Shown: in pieces, positions 15,616 through 31,210 of the stretch
Position numbering within the stretch: position 1 is the first letter of the stretch
How the letters are laid out: every line of letters begins with the position of its first letter
From: the human T2T-CHM13v2.0 reference genome, Homo sapiens
Assembly: GCF_009914755.1 (NCBI RefSeq)
Contig: NC_060938.1
Length of the DNA stretch: 64,000 bases
Strand: one strand, 5' to 3'
Made by a program: the position numbers and the translations under genes
The notes under the pieces: model-generated
Seen by the model: only the letters and a program-made list of their open reading frames with translations
The model's database searches: none
Told to the model about the DNA's origin: nothing

Positions 15616-15975
15616 CTCCCTCTGATGCCGAGCCGAAACTGGACTGTACTGCTGCCATCTCGGCTCACTGCAACCTCCCTGCCTGATTCTCCTGCCTCAG
15701 CCTGCCGAGGGCCTGCGATTGCAGGCACGCGCCACCACGCCTGACTGGTTTTCGTACTTTTTTGGTGGAGACGGGGTTTCGCTGTGTTGGCCGGGCTGGT
15801 CTCCAGCTCCTAACCGCGAGTGATCCGCCAGCCTTGGCCTCCCGAGGTGCCGGGATTGCAGACGGAGTCTGGTTCACTCAGTGCTCAATGGTGCCCAGGC
15901 TGGAGTGCAGTGGCGTGATCTCAGCTCGCTACAACCTCCATCTCCCAGCCGCCTGCCTTGGCCTCCCAAAGTGCC

Positions 15976-17165
15976 GAGATTGCAGCCTCTGCCCGGCCGC
16001 CACCCCGTCTGGGAAGTGAGGAGCGTCTCTGCCTGGCCGCCCATCGTCTGGGACGTGAGGAGCCCCTCTGCCTGGCTGCCCAGTCTGGAAAGTGAGGAGC
16101 GTCTCTGACCGGCCGCCATCCCATCTAGGAAGTGAGGAGCGCCTCTTCCTGGCAGCCATCCCGTCTGGGAAGTGAGGAGCGTCTCTGCCCAGCCGCCCAT
16201 CGTCTGAGATGTGGGGAGCGCCTCTGCCCCGCCGCCCCGTCTGGGAGGTGAGGAGCGTCTCTGCCCAGCCGCCCCGTCTGAGAAGTGAGGAGACCCTCCG
16301 CCCAGCATCCGCCCCATCTGAGAAGTGAGGAGCCCCTCCGCCCGGCAGCCACCCCGTCTGGGAAGTGAGGAGCGTCTCCGCCCGGCAGCCGCCCCGTCCG
16401 GGAGGGAGGTGGGGGAGTCAGCCCCCCACCCGGCCAGACGCCCCGTCCGGGAGGTGAGGGGCGCCTCTGCCCAGCCGCCCCTACTGGGAAGTGAGGAGCC
16501 CCTCTGCCTGGCCAGCCACCCCGTCCAGGAGGGAGGTGGGGGAGTCAGCCCCCCACCCGGCCAGACGCCCCGTCCGGGAGGGAGGTGGGGGGGTCAGCCC
16601 CCCGCCCGGCCAGCCGCCCCGTCCAGGAGGGAGGTGGGGGGGTCAGCCCCCCGCCCGGCCAGCCGCCCCGTCCGGGAGGGAGGTGGGGGGGTCAGCCCCC
16701 CACCCGGCCAGCCGCCCCGTCCGGGAGGTGAGGGGCGCCTCTGCCCGGCCGCCCCTACTGGGAAGTGAGGAGCCCCTCTGCCCAGCCAGCCGCCCCGTCC
16801 GGGAGGGAGGTGGGGGGGTCAGCCCCCCGCCCGGCCAGCCGCCCCGTCCGGGAGGTGAGGGGCGCCTCTGCCCAGCCGCCCCTACTGGGAAGTGAGGAGC
16901 CCCTCTGCCCAGCCAGCCGCCCCGTCCGGGAGGGAGGTGGGGGGGGTCAGCCCCCCCCCCCCCCGCCAGCCGCCCCGTCCGGGAGGGAGGTGGGGGGATC
17001 AGCCCCCCGCCCGGCCAGCCGCCCCGTCCGGGAGGGAGGTGGGGGGCTCAGCCCCCCGCCCGGCCAGCCGCCCCGTCCGGGAGGTGAGGGGCGACTCTGC
17101 CCGGCCACCCCTACTAGGAAGTGAGGAGCCCCTCTGCCCAGCCACCACCTCGTCTGGGAGGTGTA
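15976..17165 (+). repeat. SVA VNTR: tandem GC-rich units (GCCGCCCCGTCTGGGAAGTGAGGAGC.. and CAGCCGCCCCGTCCGGGAGGGAGGTGGGGGGGTCAGCCCCCCGCCCGGC)
   Basis: Dozens of near-identical units read directly; gives rise to the Gly/Arg/Pro-rich pseudo-ORFs in the ORF track. Confidence 0.9.
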
Positions 17166-17774
17166 CCCAACAGCTCTTTGAGAACGGGCCGGGATGACAA
17201 TGGCGGTTTTGTGGAATAGAAAGGGGGGAAAGGTGGGGAAAAGATTGAGAAATCGGATGGTTGCCGTATCTGTGTAGAAAGAAGTAGACATGGGAGACTT
17301 TTCATTTTGTTCTGTACTAAGATAAATTCTTCTGCCTTGGGATCCTGTTGATCGGTGACCTTACCCCCAACCCTGTGCCCTCTGAAACATGTGCTGTGTC
17401 CACTCAGGGTTAAATGGATTAAGGGCGGTGCAAGATGTGCTTTGTTAAACAGATGCTTGAAGGCAGCATGCTCGTTAAGAATCATCACCACTCCCTAATC
17501 TCAAGTACCCAGGGACAAAACACTGCGGAAGGCTGCAGGGTCCTCTGCCTAGGAAAACCAGAGACCTTTGTTCACTTGTTTATCTGCCAACCTTCCCTCC
17601 ACTATTGTCCTATGACCCTGCCAAATCCCCCTCTGCGAGAAACACCCAAGAATGATCAATAAAAAAATAAAAATTAAAAAAAAAAGTTAAAAAAAAAAAA
17701 AAAGAAAAAAGATTTGCTAAATGAAATCACTAAAGATGAACATAGAAACAGTCTGTAAAGTTAGCTAAATTATC

Positions 17775-17780
17775 TTTATT
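17775..17780 (-). promoter_or_regulatory. CCNB1IP1: Polyadenylation signal AATAAA of CCNB1IP1
   Basis: Minus strand reads ...AAAAAAAAATAAAGATAATTTAGC; U-rich downstream element supplied partly by the antisense SVA poly-A tail. Confidence 0.6.
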
Positions 17781-17935
17781 TTTTTTTAGAAACAGGGTCT
17801 CACTCTGTTGCCCAGGCTGGAGTGCAGTGGCATGATCTTAGATCACTAAAGCCTCAGACTCCTGGGCTCAAGTGATCCTCCCAGCCTCAACCTCCTAAGT
17901 AGCTGGGATCACAGGTGCGTGACACTATGCGTGGC
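17779..17935 (-). mobile_element. Alu right-arm fragment forming the CCNB1IP1 3' UTR
   Basis: T-run 17779-17787 then AGAAACAGGGTCTCACTCTGTTGCCCAGGCTGGAGTGCAGTGG... Confidence 0.8.
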
Positions 17936-18138
17936 TCAAATTCTTTTTACTTTGAAGGCCCTGCTAGAAACTTGCTGCTGCTCTAATTCACGACTTGGAG
18001 AGACAAAACTAAAAAAGCTGTTGCTGGGTTCAGGTGCTGTGGGAGAACCCGCAAAAAATGGTCTGAACTGAAAATCTCCATCTCCATCGCCCCGATTTCG
18101 AACAGGTGTATTATCCAAAGGAAACTTGGAGTTGTTAC
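17936..18138 (-). CDS. CCNB1IP1: CCNB1IP1 last coding exon (..NNSKFPLDNTPVRNRGDGDGDFQFRPFFAGSPTAPEPSNSFFSFVSPSRELEQQQVSSRAFKVKRI*)
   Basis: ORF track 17936..18118(-); acceptor ccctAG at 18140-18139 completes Gly codon split from previous exon; stop at 17938-17936. Confidence 0.9.
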
Positions 18139-18772
18139 CTAGGGCAGAAAAAAAGGAAAAACATAATTTTATTCATTTGTTATCTATATAATCTACTTCA
18201 GAGGAATCATCAAATATATATATATGAATATATATTTTTTCTCCAATATTTGTCTTAGAAAAAAACAGACATATAAAATCTTTTACCCCAGGTTAAGAAT
18301 TTTTTTAAAAAAACATTGCAATAAACATTCTAGAAAAAATATAACTGAAATATTGGCATATACCATGACCCAATATCAATTAGCATAGGCTTAAGACAAG
18401 CAGATAATAGATCTGATTAAATTAACATTTAACTACTTCCACTGAACCCTTCCTTGGCTTTTACAGGTTTTAAAGGACCAAATAACTAAAGGAAAATGCT
18501 GACTATATATCCTTCAAGCTAACAGTGGCAGCAGGACATAAAAAGGTTAACTGTGTACAAAAAGAGGAATGGGAAAGAACTGGTGAATATGAAAAAAATA
18601 AGACAAATGTGGACAGTGACAAAAAAATAAGTATATCTATAATGCCCATTTACAGTAACTCTGATTGACTAAATTACATTATATAAGTAAAACTGAAAGT
18701 TAAGCAGAAATTTAGGTTTTTATTCTTATATCTGATATTCCTCATCTCATCACCTCAAACCTGCCCCCCACC

Positions 18773-18885
18773 TTTTTTTTTTGTAGAGACAGGGTCTCAC
18801 TATATTGCCCAGGCTGGTCTCAAACTCCTGGGCTCAAGTGATTCTCCCACCTCAATCTCCCAAAGTGCTGGGCCGCACCTGACCA
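18773..18885 (-). mobile_element. Alu fragment
   Basis: poly-T then GTAGAGACAGGGTCTCACTATATTGCCCAGGCTGGTCTCAAACTCCTGGGCTCAAGTGATTCTCC. Confidence 0.75.
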
Positions 18886-19339
18886 CCTCATACTTTTTAT
18901 AAGACATCAGCTCCTCCCCTATTAAATCTTTTTCCTCAGCCTATAGTAAATATCCAAAAATGAGTATTAGGAAAGTCCAGCACAAGAGGCTTCACTTTTT
19001 TGTATGCCAAAAACAATTTCCATTGATAGCATAGCAAAAATCTATTAGATTTTGTTGCATAAAGAGTAGTATAAAGGAGAGAGCTCAGGAAGATATGAGA
19101 TTCATTCCGTCTGCAAGGCACCTAACAAGCAGAAAAGAGATGGCATCATACTAGATTGTGATTTAAAGAAAGAACCCTATTTGGATAACCTTTATATCCT
19201 CATTAGTTAGGATCATACCTAACAAGCTGGTACATAAAACATATTTGCTAAATATTTGATAAATGGAAAAATGATTAGACAAAAGAACAAAACAACCAAA
19301 CTGACAACTTAAGAACTGTACAATCAGTATTGGCAGGTG

Positions 19340-19590
19340 AAAAAAATTGAAACATGGCCTTCTTGGAGGATAGCAAATGGTTAAGAGTATAGGCTCTGAA
19401 AACAGGTTAGTGATATTGACCAAATTACTTAACTTTCTGTGCCTCAGCTTTCTCATCTGTATAAAAGAAGGATAATAATACTTACTTCATAAGGTTTTGT
19501 AAATTATATGAATTTATATAAAACACAACAGTGCCTAGCACTTAGGAATCAATAAATGACAGCTAATATTATTATTACTACAACTACGTA
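19340..19590 (+). mobile_element. MIR SINE
   Basis: ttacttaactttctgtgcctcagctttctcatctgtataaaagaaggataataatacttacttcataaggttttgtaaatt...cagtgcctagcacttaggaatcaataaatgacagctaatattatt matches MIR core/3' consensus. Confidence 0.55.
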
Positions 19591-19853
19591 GCTTTTAACT
19601 TAATGTAGCAATGTGCAAACTTTCATTTTGCAGAGATTAACTGCTCAAATTAAAGCTTTAATTTAAATGTAAGCAAATACAATAGATAAAAGCAATGATG
19701 TACAGGTTGAAACATGGGTGAAGAATTCAGAGCCTACCACAACTCAATGCTTGTCTTATCCTTATCGTCTCGACTGAATGCTTGGAAGTGGGCAGAGCAG
19801 TATAAAAAATCATTGATTTAAAGAACAGACACTTGATACATGTCCTTTCTTAC

Positions 19854-20187
19854 CTAATGGGAAGCCAAGAACACCAGACTGTGCAATCATGGATGGTTCA
19901 AGGGTGCCTTCATGGTTAGCAATAGTGATGTTTCGTAGCCTAAGGCTATCATAGAGGCCTTGGAGCTTTTGATACTGACGATTGCGCTCCATAAGTTTCT
20001 CAGAGATGTCACTGAACTTTTTCTTGTATTCTTCTAGTACTTTCTTCATGGAGGTAACCTCCCCTTTCATAGAGGTCAATTCTACATCCTTGCTTTGTAT
20101 TTGCTGAGTATATATCTTCTCCATCTGTTTCAGATGGCCCTCAGCCTTGCTGAAATTGTATTCTTGATAGAGACGTTCCTGATGTAC
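19854..20187 (-). CDS. CCNB1IP1: CCNB1IP1 middle coding exon (VHQERLYQEYNFSKAEGHLKQMEKIYTQQIQSKDVELTSMKGEV...SGVLGFPL+g)
   Basis: ORF track 19810..20124(-); acceptor aaccAG|GTACATCAG, donor G|GTAAGAAAGG; coiled-coil segment of HEI10. Confidence 0.9.
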
Positions 20188-21194
20188 CTGGTTCCAAAAG
20201 AAAAAAGATTTTTAAGGTATTGGGTACAAAGTTATATATTGTAAAATGTTATACAAACACAAAAGGAAAAGAAAGATGCTTATATAGGGATGTTATTTTA
20301 TCATTTAGAACCCAGTTTAAGAAGCAATCAGGATACACAATGAGGCACAGAAAACAATAAGTTATGTTACTAAATGCATAGAAAAAAAGTCTGGAAGAAT
20401 ACTCTCAAACCACTAACTTTATACCACCAAAAGAACTGAGTATTTGTCTTAACAAGTGACATGTTTTCCAAAGGTTTTTAAGAAATATAATCCCATTTTT
20501 CAAGTAATCCAGAGCATGAAGAATAGACTCTAAGACAACCACAAATTATCGTCTCCTGGTACATACACCCTTGTGTAACTCCCTATCCCCTTGCACATGG
20601 GCAGGACCTGTGACTAGAATACTACAGAAAATGTGACAGGTTGTCACTTCATAAGTATATTACCTAAGACTATAAGGTCTGTCTTACTAGGAGACACACT
20701 CCCTTGCTGGCTTTGAGGAAGCAAGCAGTCATGTCAGGAAGGCCCAAGAGACAAGTAACTAAGAACAGCCTCTGGCCAATAGCCAGCAAAAAATTGAGGA
20801 CCCAATGAATCTAGACAGATCTTATACTTTTCACAAAAATAAACTCAAAATGGTTCACAGACTTAAACATAAAATGCAAAACTATGAAACTCCCAGAAGA
20901 TAACATAGGGTAAAATCCAGGTGATCTTGGATTTGGCAGTGACTTTTAAAATACACCAAAGGTATAATCCGTGAAAGAGAAAATTGATAAGCAGGACTTC
21001 ATTAAACTTAAAAATCTCTGCTCTGTGAAAGACCCTGTAAGAGAATAAAAAGACAAGCCACAGATCAGGAGAGTATATTTGCAAAAGATAGCTCTGATAA
21101 AGGATCAAAGAATACTTCAAACTCAACAGTAAGGATAAAAAGAACACTTAAAACTCAACAATAAGAAAACAATTTAAAAATAGACCAAGAACTC

Positions 21195-22115
<921 letters not shown>

Positions 22116-22180
22116 AAAATATGATTATAGAATAGTTAACTAAAAAATATTTAACAAGATATTCATACCAAGTGAAGCAC

Positions 22181-22268
22181 AGGCTACTCAGGAGGCTGAG
22201 GCGGGAGAATGGCTTGAACCCAGGAGTTAGAGACTAGCCTGGGCAACACAAGAAAACCCCGTCTCAAA
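22181..22268 (+). mobile_element. Alu right-arm fragment
   Basis: CAGGCTACTCAGGAGGCTGAGGCGGGAGAATGGCTTGAACCCAGGAG...GTCTCAAAAGG. Confidence 0.7.
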
Positions 22269-22321
22269 AGGAAGAAAAATTCATACCAGATATAATATAC
22301 TGTCAACTCTTAACAATAAAA

Positions 22322-22380
22322 GTGTGTGTGTTATCTTACTTTTATACAGAAGAGAGAGTGTGTGAGTGTGTGTGTGTGTA
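22322..22380. repeat. Interrupted (GT)n microsatellite
   Basis: gtgtgtgtgtt...agagagagtgtgtgagtgtgtgtgtgtgt. Confidence 0.85.
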
Positions 22381-22610
22381 TACCCAAAATATAAACAATG
22401 GTTATCTCTGAGTGATGGAATTATGAGTGCTTTAATTTTCTTCCTTTTGATTTTCAACAATAAACAGTATTGCTTTTGAAAACAATTTAATAAAAAGAGT
22501 TTCTCATATACTCATAAAAAATTAATAATAATACAATGAAGGAAAGACACTAGAAGTTCCCACAAATGCCATAAATCACATGCTCAAGAGAAACTAGACT
22601 AAGCACTAAC

Positions 22611-22907
22611 CTGATATGTCCAGAAGGCCAGCGCTCGGGAGCTAATGTCCAACACGATCTCTGGTCGCAGTCCTGCCAATACCATAGCTTTATATTCCTC
22701 TGATGGACTGAGTTCTGTGCGGACAATATCTAGCTTTCCAGAAAGGGTACTGTTGCAGGCAGGACAGATAGCTGGTGAGCGACTAAACTCACCACTGCCA
22801 TGCTGATCACAGAAGATGTGAGAGCAGGCAGTGACCCATGCATAGCCAGAGAGTTTGATGCGACACTTTCGATAATTACAAAGCAGCATGTCTTCACACA
22901 AAGACAT
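22611..22907 (-). CDS. CCNB1IP1: CCNB1IP1 first coding exon with ATG (MSLCEDMLLCNYRKCRIKLSGYAWVTACSHIFCDQHGSGEFSRSPAICPACNSTL...AFWTYQ); exon extends 5' to acceptor at 22944
   Basis: ORF track 22599..22907(-), RING-type Cys/His spacing; donor CAG|GTTAGT at 22610; upstream acceptor ccttcttAG shows at least one 5' non-coding exon further upstream. Confidence 0.9.
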
Positions 22908-23210
22908 AATAGGATAGTGAGGTCTCCAGAAGCTGAAGAGAGTCCTAAGAAGGGGTAAATAAAAAGGCCAAGTAAGTTAAATTGCAATGAAAATAAAAGT
23001 AAAAAAGAAATATAACATGCACGTTTTTATCATAAAATACTGCACATTTTATTATATTCCTTGTATTTATTATAATTGATATATTGATTTCAGTTACTCA
23101 ATAATATTAATTGTGCTCGTTTGTCCGGTTTTCTAAAAACGCTTTAAGGACAAAGGTAAAGACAAAGGTGGTTACAGATCTTGCTAACGTCAAAAATAAT
23201 ATATACGTGG

Positions 23211-23921
<711 letters not shown>

Positions 23922-24194
23922 TTACATCCGGCAGAGTAGGGGGCAGCGGGAAAGCAGAGGAGCTGGGAAGCTTTAAAGCTGAGCCCTCTCTCACGCAGCA
24001 GAGGCGCAGCTAATTCTGAATCTTCCACCAGCTGGGAGTAAGCGCCAATCTAACTTCTGTACAAGCTGCGTGAGGGGCAAGTTTTAGAGAAACAGACCCA
24101 CAGAAATTACACTCTGGAATTTTCAGCCAGCTTTCCACGCTCAGTAGAGAAAATAATAGTAACAAATGATACTTAATCTGAGGCTGAAAGAAAA

Positions 24195-24365
24195 AGCGCG
24201 GAAAAACTCCGTTGCCTCCACAGCTCCACAAGCGAAGATTCCAGGATTCTCTGCGAGCGAGTGCTTCAGGGAACTACGCCAGAGCGCGCATGCGTGGGGT
24301 TGCCCCGAAGCATCCTGGGACCTGCCAGGCTGAGGGAGTTGCGGGCCGCAGCTCCGGCTAAGAAT
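24195..24365 (-). promoter_or_regulatory. CCNB1IP1: Small CpG islet with palindromic NRF1-type site GCGCATGCG (24288-24296); probable proximal/alternative CCNB1IP1 promoter
   Basis: CpG-dense 170 bp in an otherwise AT-rich intron, 1.3 kb upstream of the ATG exon; candidate donor cag|GTGACA on minus strand at 23888-23887. Confidence 0.35.
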
Positions 24366-24574
24366 CGGGAGAAATTCCCAGAAACAGAGTGACAGCTGTA
24401 ATTGGACAGCTGGCACCTCCATGTTGAGGTAGTCCACCATTTTATTTTTTATCCACCTTGGAATAGACATCTTTCCACTCTCACACATCCTCTATACACA
24501 TTTAAGGAAATTATAATTTTCCTTGAGTCTGCATTACAAACATGCATTACAGCTCTTTAAATTAAGCGATAGTG

Positions 24575-24881
<307 letters not shown>

Positions 24882-25151
24882 TTAATTGATAGTATTGAGG
24901 GTCAGAACTTTGAGGTGACCTACCTGCGTGCTCTCCTGGAACTGCTAGCAGTGTTTAAATGATTGCACTGTGCCAGTTTTACTCTAATGCTGTTGCCTGT
25001 CATTTTCTTTGCCCTTCTGTGCTTACCCATAGCAGCTGCTTTAGGTAATTATTTTCTGCTTAATCTATATGGATCTGTTAGAATTCAGATTAAAAATTAA
25101 CCTGAAGAGGAAAGCTAGACGGGTCCTCAGGATATAAACCTTAATGAAGCT

Positions 25152-25498
<347 letters not shown>

Positions 25499-26936
25499 TA
25501 GTAACAGATGCAATTAGCCACGCAGTGGACATCAAACCCTGCAAACCCCTGAGTAGTGCCAAACCATAATATCAAATCTTTTTCCTTCAAACAAAAAACT
25601 GTCAAAAACTGTGCAACTTCCTACAAGGTTTGTCATCTGTTTCGGAGTAATTAGGCCTTTGTACATTTCCTAAAATATCTTCTGATAACTTTAAAGTGGT
25701 AATTTAATTTTGGTATAAACCAGTTCCAAAAAAAGGAGATCTTCATGTGTGAACCATATACTCCCTAACATCTGTTTTTGGCTGTTTGAGCCTTCTGTGT
25801 GAATTCTGGTTTTAACTATGCCAAATGTAGAAATATTAATACAAAAAATAGTACAACTCATTTAAAGTTGAAAAATGCAAAATATTCTAATTTGACTAGT
25901 ACCTAACTTTGTGATCCTAGCCAATTCCCTTTGCACTGCAATATGATCACTTCCTGGAGATGTATCTAAGTTAATAAATACTTAACATTAATTCATTTTA
26001 ACACCATGTACTGCAAATATGCTACAATTTATCCATTCTTCTAATAGACATTGATTGCGGGTTTTTACAATTAAAAACAATACTGCAATGAACATTCTGT
26101 ACATGTCTCCTTGAGTCCACGTGCCAAAAATTCCTCTAGAATATAACACCCAGAGCCTGGGTTAGTATATCAGCAACTTCAAATCAACTAAATGTTGCCA
26201 AACCACTCTCCAAAGTAAAAGCATAAATTTCACTGCCACCAGCAAAGTATAGAAGAGCCCAATGCTATAAATTCAGCAACATGCACACATGTCAAGTTGT
26301 TTTACTTTATTTCATTGTTGTCTATCTGATGACAGCGAAATGGTATCTCAGTGTTGTTTTAATGTACAACTCTTTCATTACTCATAAGAGTGAGCATTTT
26401 TTCATCTGAATGACTACTCAGGGATCCTCATCTGTGATTTGCCTGTTCATGTCCTTTGATGACTTTCTTGATTTATATGGAGTCATTTAACAGTAATATG
26501 ACATGCAAACATAAGTTTGAATTTTAGTGTACACAAATTTATCAACTTTTCCTTTTTGTACTTATGTCTACTCCAATATCATACTCTTGTTTTCAATAAT
26601 TCTAAAGTTTTGCTTTTCATATATACAACTTTAATTCATTCTTCCCAACATAAAGAGTCTGAATAACTTACAATAAGAGTTGTGAAGGCCAGGCCAGAGT
26701 GACCACGACATTCAAGAAAGCAAACATTCCAACAACTTCAGTATTTGATGGAGTGGTAGTCTAGTCTGTAACATTCCTAGGTTATATTTACCATGCAAGG
26801 GATACAATATGCATCAAAATATTAGAAATGTATTTCATTTGCTTTTAGAATGATATTTCATCATATTTATTGGCTATAAAAAACAAGGCAACCAACCACA
26901 AAGACAAAACTACTCAGAATAACAAAATTATATTCC

Positions 26937-27234
<298 letters not shown>

Positions 27235-27236
27235 TC

Positions 27237-27531
27237 AGGCCAGGCGCAATGGCTCACGCCTATAATCCCAGCACTTTGGGGGGGTCAAGGTGGGTGGATC
27301 ACCTGAGGTCGGGAGTTCGAGACCAGCCTGACCAACATGGAGAAACCCCATCTCTACTAAAAATACAAAAATTAGCTGGGTATGGTGGTGCATGCCTGTA
27401 ATCCCAGCTACTCAGGAGGCTGAGGCAGGAGAATAGCTTGAACCTGGAAGGCGGGTTTGCAGTGAGCCGAGATCACACCATTGCACTCCAGCCTGGGCAG
27501 CAAGAGCAAACTCCGTCTCAAAAAAAAAAAA
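27237..27531 (+). mobile_element. Alu SINE with perfect 21-bp TSD GAAATACTTTCCATGAGAATC (27216-27236 / 27532-27552)
   Basis: Direct repeats read on both flanks. Confidence 0.9.
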
Positions 27532-27840
27532 GAAATACTTTCCATGAGAATCTATATAGAGAAAAGCAGTCTGAAGATATTATAATTAAGGAGAAAAGGC
27601 TTTGAGTTTCAAGTAGTAGTTGTGCTATATTTGAACACATAGAAGTAACTTCCTGTTTATTTTGATACCTTGTTTTTATAGCCAAAAGTTGAGATTTGCA
27701 ACAGAAAAGTCTGACTGCCTGAAGACCTAACATATTTCTTGTAATTTGTAAAATGGTTTAACTCAGTTGTTTACTGTTTTTAGACAAACTACTGAATATT
27801 CATGAAATGTATATTATCGATGAAGCAATTTCAAGAATCT

Positions 27841-28118
27841 TTTTTTTTTTTGAGACGGAGTCTTGCTCTGTCACCCATGCTGGAGTGCAGTGGCACGATC
27901 TCAGCTCACCGCAACCTCCGCCTCCCGGGTTCAAGCAATTCCTTGCCTCAGCCTCCCGCATAGCTGGGACTACAGGCACGCTGCCCCACCCAGCTAATTT
28001 TTTTTGTATTTTTAGTAGAGACGGGGTTTCACCATCTTGGCCAGGCTGGTCTTGAACTCCTAGACCTCGTGATCTACCCTGCTCGGCCTTCTGAAGTGCT
28101 GGGATCATCGGCGTGATC
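27841..28118 (-). mobile_element. Alu SINE, TSD CAAGAATCT
   Basis: poly-T start; flanks ...tcaagaatct|Alu|caagaatctt. Confidence 0.85.
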
Positions 28119-28929
28119 AAGAATCTTAATTTAAAGAATACGTTTCATATTCTGGCCAACACAAGTTATTACAGTTGCATACCATTTGTGAGATTCTGGT
28201 ATAAGCACGAGTATTAAATCTCATTACAAAAACAGTGAAGTATACCAGACTTTCAATATTTGGATTTTTATTTTGTACCCCTTGCATGTTAAATATACCA
28301 TCATGGATGTAAACACAGCATATAGGACAGTATACTTTAGTCAAAACAATTGAGAATATTTCAACATGAAGCAGAAATGAGTTTTTAACCATACCTGAAT
28401 GGTATGTGCAATTTAACTCAACGATAAATATCAAGTAAGATTGTAAATAAAATATTAACAATAAAAGATTTCCTACTAAATACCAGTAAGGTTTTATGTA
28501 TCTATTCCTCACATAAATAGATTGGTTTTGGCAGTCATTCTTATAATAGGCACTGATTCCAGGTTTTACAATTAAAAACAATACCACAGTGAATGTTCTA
28601 TACATGTCTCCTTGAGTACATATGCCAAGAATTCCTTTTGGAAACCGCCCTGGTTTGTCAATCAGGGCTTCCCCCACCTTCCCCACCACCCCACCCTGAA
28701 CCCTCTATGGCTCCCACACCCAGAGACTAGGTTAGTATATAAGCAAGTATTTTTTTGGTATCTCTTTTGGGCCAAGCCTTAGGGCAAAAGAAGGTATCCT
28801 GCTTTCATGGAGTTTACAATCTACCAAAGGATCTAAGAATAACAGAAGAAAATGAAAATATTATTTTATTCTTTCCTTTGCCACCTCTTACATTTTTGCA
28901 AATTGATTCCATAAAGCCATTTCTGGTGA

Positions 28930-29303
<374 letters not shown>

Positions 29304-29761
29304 AAAAAGTGTATTTTTAAAACTGCCCTGACGTGTGTGAGCAACCACTCTAAAAAACTGAGTAAACCATTTAAAATTTGAACATGAATGACTTTAGAGT
29401 ATAATGTTTCAGTAACTCTCAGAATCAACTGGCTTTATTTCACAGCGCCAGATGACAGCTATCTAATTACTATATGCTCGTGTTTTGAAACTAGGCTGCT
29501 TCTTTTATTTTTTTAATCACAGGTACATTTTCTTAATCTGGAATCACCACCCGTTTAGTAATTGTTTGACTCCGCAAAAATCAGAAGGCACTAACGGACA
29601 GCCAGCCCATCCTCATGGTGCCCTGAGTGAAGATAAGCCATTTTTGATATATGATGGATCAAAATCCCACTGCCTAAGGCTTCAAGCAGTGAGAGGAACA
29701 GCCATCAAAGTTTAACTCCAACCACATTAATTTAAGAAACGTTTATAAAAAATAAAGACAT

Positions 29762-29988
<227 letters not shown>

Positions 29989-30027
29989 TTATAAGATAGG
30001 AATCATTACATCTAAGTAAGAACTAGA

Positions 30028-30346
<319 letters not shown>

Positions 30347-30550
30347 TCAACTGATCCAGCAAGGGAAAATGAGGAACTAGATAACAAGTTAGTACCAAAA
30401 TCAAGATTAACCAACTAAAGAAAATGTTATTCCAACAATTATATAAAGATACACATTATAGTGCCTATGACTAATTCTAGAACTTAATTAAGTTTTGAGG
30501 GGCGGGGTGAAGGTAATGAGGGGTAGTCTAATTAACAGAAAGATATATAA

Positions 30551-30864
<314 letters not shown>

Positions 30865-31210
30865 AAAACAAAGAATTTTCGTCAATCTATTATGCAGATG
30901 TCAAAAATTGCCAGGTAGTACAGAATATAAGAGAAATATACGCATGGATTCTGATGACAAATAGTTAACATCAAACTGAGCATTTACCGTATGCTTTACC
31001 CACACCCTTACTAATTTAATCTTCAAAATAACCACCCTGAGTCAAATACTATTGCCATCCTCTAAAATATAAAACTAAGACATAGATATTAGGAAACTTG
31101 CCAATGCTGCATAACTGGTGAAGTGATAGAGCATGCGTTTGAACTCAGTCTGACTCCAGAACCCATATATATACTATACAATGCTACTTCTCAACATCTT
31201 TAATTGACTC

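Larger units (their letters stand above)
15507..17705 (+). mobile_element. Full-length SVA retrotransposon (hexamer-Alu-like-VNTR-SINE-R-polyA) with 16-bp TSD GAAAAAAGATTTGCTA (15491-15506 and 17704-17719)
   Basis: (CCCTCT)n 15507-15615; antisense Alu-like region about 15616-15975; GC-rich VNTR of 35-80-bp units about 15976-17165; HERV-K-derived SINE-R about 17166-17655; A-rich tail; exact direct repeats flanking. Confidence 0.92.
17752..17935 (-). other. CCNB1IP1: CCNB1IP1 3' UTR (about 185 nt), almost entirely an antisense-inserted Alu right-arm fragment
   Basis: Stop at 17936; AATAAA (minus) at 17780-17775 formed by Alu A-tail plus flank; 3' end about 17752 (recalled gene span, consistent with signal spacing). 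Confidence 0.6.

Noticed and set aside
15874-17291. Series of 100-150-aa Gly/Arg/Pro-rich ORFs on both strands
   Set aside because: They are translations of the SVA VNTR (GC-rich tandem units), not genes.
22730-22987. 85-aa ORF overlapping the CCNB1IP1 ATG exon in another frame
   Set aside because: It is an alternative frame of a verified coding exon and is not supported.
28126-28689. Longest ORF in window (187 aa, minus strand)
   Set aside because: Low-complexity, AT-rich, no recognisable domain, no splice or initiation context; it sits in a repeat-filled CCNB1IP1 intron. It is a chance ORF.
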